Assembly (NCBI GenBank): GCA_042568575.1
Contig: JBHPIO010000001.1
Location: 128,001 to 192,000, forward strand
Reading direction: 5' to 3'
Source: Patescibacteria group bacterium
GTDB taxonomy: Bacteria > Patescibacteriota > Gracilibacteria > UBA1369 > PNNO01
DNA: 64,000 bases
Shown: positions 60,018-64,000 of the stretch, piece by piece
How positions within the stretch are numbered: position 1 is the first letter of the stretch
Layout of the letters: each line of letters starts with the position of its first letter
Made by a program: the position numbers and the translations under genes
Notes under the pieces: generated by a model
What the model was told of the DNA's origin: nothing
What the model saw: the letters and a program-made list of their open reading frames with translations, nothing else
Database searches by the model: none

Positions 60018-63000
60018 TTAAACAGCTTCATTTTTGTTCTCATTCAGCCAAATTACATCGCAGTCCTTCACTGAATATGAAGGTGAAAATGAAAATGCTT
60101 TTTCTGTATCAAATGAGAAATCTTGATCGACATCTTTTATGCGTTCATTCATGGCTCTTTCAAACTCCCCTCCTGTACGATTTGTACGAATTTGCTTATT
60201 TTTAGACATCAAAATCATATCTATGTTGTTATCCTCCGCGAATTGACCTAATTGATCAACCAAACCATTAAGTAACTGCCCCTCATTTACTTTAAACAAA
60301 TAAGTACTAGATGGATTTATTGAAGCTGTGAGGATTTTTTTTCCGCCCTCTTCGTAATGATGCAATAGAACTGCACCTTGGCATGTTTTTGTTTCTTTAT
60401 CTCTTAATACCATCTGAAAATACTCAGACATATTCCACTGACATTCTATCTTTGAAGGCTCATCTTCTTCACTCTTTGCTAGTTTTGCCGGATTATCCCC
60501 TGCTACACACACACCACCAACTTGCCTAGCATGTGCAGAAGTGTGATTCTTTGTTATAAAACATTCAAGCTTTCTTAATTGTTTGCCCTGTTGCTCCTCT
60601 TCTTTTGGCTGATATTTGGCAACCTCTCTATCAATAAAACCAAGTTCTTCTTCAAATATACTTTGAAACAATTGAGTTAAATATTGATAAAATAGATTCT
60701 CATCATATTCACCTTTATCAACTGACTCTTGTGCTTCCAAATATTGTTCAAAATTCAATTCACCCAAATTTATTTCAGATGGATCTACCTCTTGGCCAGT
60801 AAGTTGTTTAACAATAGAAGCAGCCTTCCTTCTCTCTCCCTGAATCATTCCAAGATATGCTCTTTCTTTTTTGCCAAGCTCTATTTCTCCATACATTTCA
60901 GGATGATCTAACATTTCCTGCGTCACTAGTTTCACTTGCCCAATAGGTGTTCCTTTTCCTTTTAACATTCTTAATACCTTGCTTTTCAATGCACCTCGCC
61001 ACCCTATTTCACTAGCTCGCATTTTATTCAATACAGCCTGACTTTTTTCTCTTTTATCTGAAGAGCTTAACTGTTTAAAATAATCAGGAAGTATTTTAAC
61101 AATATCTTCATTTTCATGTGCATCCTTTGCGACCTTCCTCTGTACCTCCTTTAGATGGTCAGCAAAAAACTCTCTTAGTTCTAGCATGTATGCATATTCA
61201 GGATTTTTTGCTTGTTCCGCCCTATCGCGAGTACCATCCAGGTATTCCCTAATACCCTGAAATTCAGCAAATTGATATGCAATTAAAAGTTCCTTTAACT
61301 CTTTAGGGTCCAAATCCCCTGTTAAGCTTTCTAAAAGCAAAGCAAATATCTTTTCTTCACGGGTATTAAACATCTCTTTATTTTTAGCACCTTGGAATCT
61401 CTTATCGATTTCTTCATCTAAAATTCTTCGCATTTCATCTTGTTTAAAATCAACCTCAGCAAATCTCCCCTGTATCCTAGCAATTGGCCCTTGCAACCTA
61501 TTTAATCCAGCCTCATCTTTTTTCTCCCCTTTTCTTAATTGCATTTCAACACCTTCGGCCAAATCAATCATATAAACATCTCGGATTTTAAAATCCGAAA
61601 GATCATCCGACCTGTCCCTGCAACTTTCATTATTTTCGAAATTAGTCCAGTTTCCGGAATTATCCTGAAAAACATGGTTAACTAAGGCCTCATAGTGCTC
61701 CATTTCGGTAATATCCCCTGGTTGAGTATCGTTTGATATTAATGATTCAATATTTTGCTGAATAGCCTCTACAAATCCTCTTGCTGCCACTTCATTATCT
61801 GCTTTTTTGAAATCTGCATACCTCTCATAAATCTCTTTGTCAGCAATATTCAAATCTTTTCTGTAAGCTAATAAATGATGTTTTTTCTCCAATGACCTTA
61901 ATGCTGTTTCAGGCACGACTTCCAAATTGTTTACCAAATTCATTACGCCACCTTCAGTAATTGAAGCTTCTATTGCTTCAGTTAAAACTTTTGTTTTTAA
62001 TCCAACTTTTCTACTCACTTCCATCGCCGAAGAAACGCGCCCTTTTATAATTTCATATATTACCGTATTTTTACCCGCTTTTGTAATCCACCTTTCATTA
62101 CTTTTCCTCTTCTTCAGAAGTTTTACATTCTCATCTTCTAATTTTGAAGTAATTCTTTTAGCATCATCTCTTTCATTAGCCGCATCAAATAAACTGTTTT
62201 CAGCATCTGATATTAATTCCTCAGGAAATTCAACTTTTCGACTACTTGCGGATTGCACAAGCAAAGCTAAAGCATATTTATAATTACCAATCAAAATCTT
62301 TAGAATATCTAAAGACCAACTATAAGATTCATAGTTTGCAAAATTCCGAATGAAATCTACACATGCATGCTCTTGTTTTCGATTATTTTTTGCTACAAAT
62401 TGCCAATATTCCTCTTCTTTCTTAAAGTCCTCAGGAATGTTTGCGTAATCAAGCCTTCCTAAATAGCCACTATTAAGCAACAGACTTAATAATTTAACAT
62501 AATCATCAGAATATTTTGCTACCCATAATTCAACTTTGAAACTATACAATTCATCTTTTGCCGCCAACTCTATAAGCAGATCAATCAAGAAATAATCAAC
62601 CACTTCAGGAAGGTTATCGTTTCTGTATACGCGCTTGACAATTTCTAAAAAGTCGCTTCGTTCAAATCCGTAGTTTTGCTCTAATTCTTCCCGGCGACCT
62701 ATAAGTTCCCATCCAAAATGTGAAGCATTTTTTACAATTACTAATTTCTGAAGCTTTTTAGGAAGTTTCTCAATTAATGGCTTGATCGTTTCTAATGTAA
62801 TTGAAGACGAAAAATTCGAAGTTGCAAGGACTTTCGAGATAACATCCTTATAATTTTCATTCTCAGTTGCAACCATTAAGCGCTCCAAAGAAGCAGTGGA
62901 GATTGGCAACAAACTGGATTGCTCGATTTCATCAAGAATTGCTAAATCGGCCTCAGCATCAAATAACAATAAATGTGTGATATTAAAATTTTGTTCTCTA

Positions 63001-64000
63001 CCCCATTTATCCTTTTTAACTATGCCATGTAGTCTTTCCGCCACTTTTAATACTGATAAATATTGTTCGTCTCTCAAATATTCTATAGCATTTACAGGAT
63101 CGTGAATTAGGATATATGAAGGCAATTTCTTTAATTTTGCAATTACGTCTTCATCTAGGTTTTTACAAAAATTTGCAACTTGTTCATTTGTTCCAGATTT
63201 TATTAAATTATCGAAGTATCTTAATTCATGCTTAAATAATTCAATTAATAATTGAAAATTTTCACTTTTGGCAATAATAATTAAACTTCTTATATGTTCA
63301 GGATTTTCACATGGTGGATAAGTTGTTTCACTTAGTAAACTTGATAAAAGTTCCAAGTTTTGCAGAGTATCAGAATCCAATTCAGCTATTTCTTTAGCAA
63401 CTTCGGGAGAACTACTGCTACCAAATGCTTTCTCTCTTATTCCATATTCTAATGTTTTTTCTAAAGAGCCTGGTACACTCGATAATTCCCCACGACTTCT
63501 AGTCTGCCACCACTTTGATCTACGTATTGCCGAAAACTTAACTCCATATAAATCCTCTAATTCATCGTCATTATAGGAGCCAAAATCTTGATCTATTTGA
63601 TTTTTGATCTCTTCAGCGGTCTTGCCTTGTTCTAAAAGCACCTTTATAAATCCGATAACTTCAATCGAAATACGACCACCTATTAATTCATGGAGTTCGC
63701 GTACTTCTTCATAATCCTCATGGTTAGTGTTCTCTACGAATTTAACTATATTTTTATACTCATACCCGTTGCTGTAATAAAAATATGAGGAAATTTTAGA
63801 AATTCTTCTGATATCAAGCTCATTACGTGAAGCTAAGTCTAAAGGCAATCCCGGATAAATCTCGACATGCTTAAACCCATCCATAATATCATCATCCAAT
63901 ATTAATGGAGACTGTTCGTAAGCTGCCAACAGATCCTCATTTATCTTGAAATTATAATTCAGCTTAAAACCTCTCTCCTCTAAAGCGTAAACCTTCTCAG
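60018..64000 (-). CDS. Very large helical hypothetical protein (>1325 aa), 5'-partial
   Basis: The frame stays open upstream of the TTG at 63929 to the window edge; no recognised domain. Confidence 0.8.
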   Translation of the reverse strand, partial: EKVYALEERGFKLNYNFKINEDLLAAYEQSPLILDDDIMDGFKHVEIYPGLPLDLASRNELDIRRISKISSYFYYSNGYEYKNIVKFVENTNHEDYEEVRELHELIGGRISIEVIGFIKVLLEQGKTAEEIKNQIDQDFGSYNDDELEDLYGVKFSAIRRSKWWQTRSRGELSSVPGSLEKTLEYGIREKAFGSSSSPEVAKEIAELDSDTLQNLELLSSLLSETTYPPCENPEHIRSLIIIAKSENFQLLIELFKHELRYFDNLIKSGTNEQVANFCKNLDEDVIAKLKKLPSYILIHDPVNAIEYLRDEQYLSVLKVAERLHGIVKKDKWGREQNFNITHLLLFDAEADLAILDEIEQSSLLPISTASLERLMVATENENYKDVISKVLATSNFSSSITLETIKPLIEKLPKKLQKLVIVKNASHFGWELIGRREELEQNYGFERSDFLEIVKRVYRNDNLPEVVDYFLIDLLIELAAKDELYSFKVELWVAKYSDDYVKLLSLLLNSGYLGRLDYANIPEDFKKEEEYWQFVAKNNRKQEHACVDFIRNFANYESYSWSLDILKILIGNYKYALALLVQSASSRKVEFPEELISDAENSLFDAANERDDAKRITSKLEDENVKLLKKRKSNERWITKAGKNTVIYEIIKGRVSSAMEVSRKVGLKTKVLTEAIEASITEGGVMNLVNNLEVVPETALRSLEKKHHLLAYRKDLNIADKEIYERYADFKKADNEVAARGFVEAIQQNIESLISNDTQPGDITEMEHYEALVNHVFQDNSGNWTNFENNESCRDRSDDLSDFKIRDVYMIDLAEGVEMQLRKGEKKDEAGLNRLQGPIARIQGRFAEVDFKQDEMRRILDEEIDKRFQGAKNKEMFNTREEKIFALLLESLTGDLDPKELKELLIAYQFAEFQGIREYLDGTRDRAEQAKNPEYAYMLELREFFADHLKEVQRKVAKDAHENEDIVKILPDYFKQLSSSDKREKSQAVLNKMRASEIGWRGALKSKVLRMLKGKGTPIGQVKLVTQEMLDHPEMYGEIELGKKERAYLGMIQGERRKAASIVKQLTGQEVDPSEINLGELNFEQYLEAQESVDKGEYDENLFYQYLTQLFQSIFEEELGFIDREVAKYQPKEEEQQGKQLRKLECFITKNHTSAHARQVGGVCVAGDNPAKLAKSEEDEPSKIECQWNMSEYFQMVLRDKETKTCQGAVLLHHYEEGGKKILTASINPSSTYLFKVNEGQLLNGLVDQLGQFAEDNNIDMILMSKNKQIRTNRTGGEFERAMNERIKDVDQDFSFDTEKAFSFSPSYSVKDCDVIWLNENKNEAV

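Overview
This 64-kb window is AT-rich chromosomal DNA from a Patescibacteria (CPR) bacterium, most likely Peregrinibacteria-like. The assignment is an inference from the SLH proteins, purine genes, rplI, PrgI/VirD4-like genes, TGA used as stop and housekeeping genes without Shine-Dalgarno (SD) motifs. The backbone carries thrC (partial, C-terminally extended), ridA, msrB-msrA, ruvX, rplI, secG, ileS with a compact Ile T-box, purC-purE-purB, purA, tRNA-Leu(GAG), tRNA-Val(TAC), ygfA-glyA, lepA, a stand-alone 23S-5S rRNA unit with its own promoter, and a MacAB-like exporter. Two patterns are not explained by routine annotation. (1) Directly after tRNA-Val (31.1-37.4 kb) lies an integron-like array of co-oriented cargo modules. 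Five copies of a TGGAGCTC...GAAC site with interchangeable left and right arms separate the modules; two copies read as antisense tRNA 3' ends. No recombinase gene is present. One module is protein-free and holds a promoter, a boxA-like motif and a ~300-nt structured RNA flanked by 22-bp direct repeats. (2) Four GC-rich islets carry five genes, all with strong SD motifs unlike the housekeeping genes. They sit behind native-style promoters and three encode lipoproteins. All calls come from reading the sequence and from motif knowledge; no searches were run.
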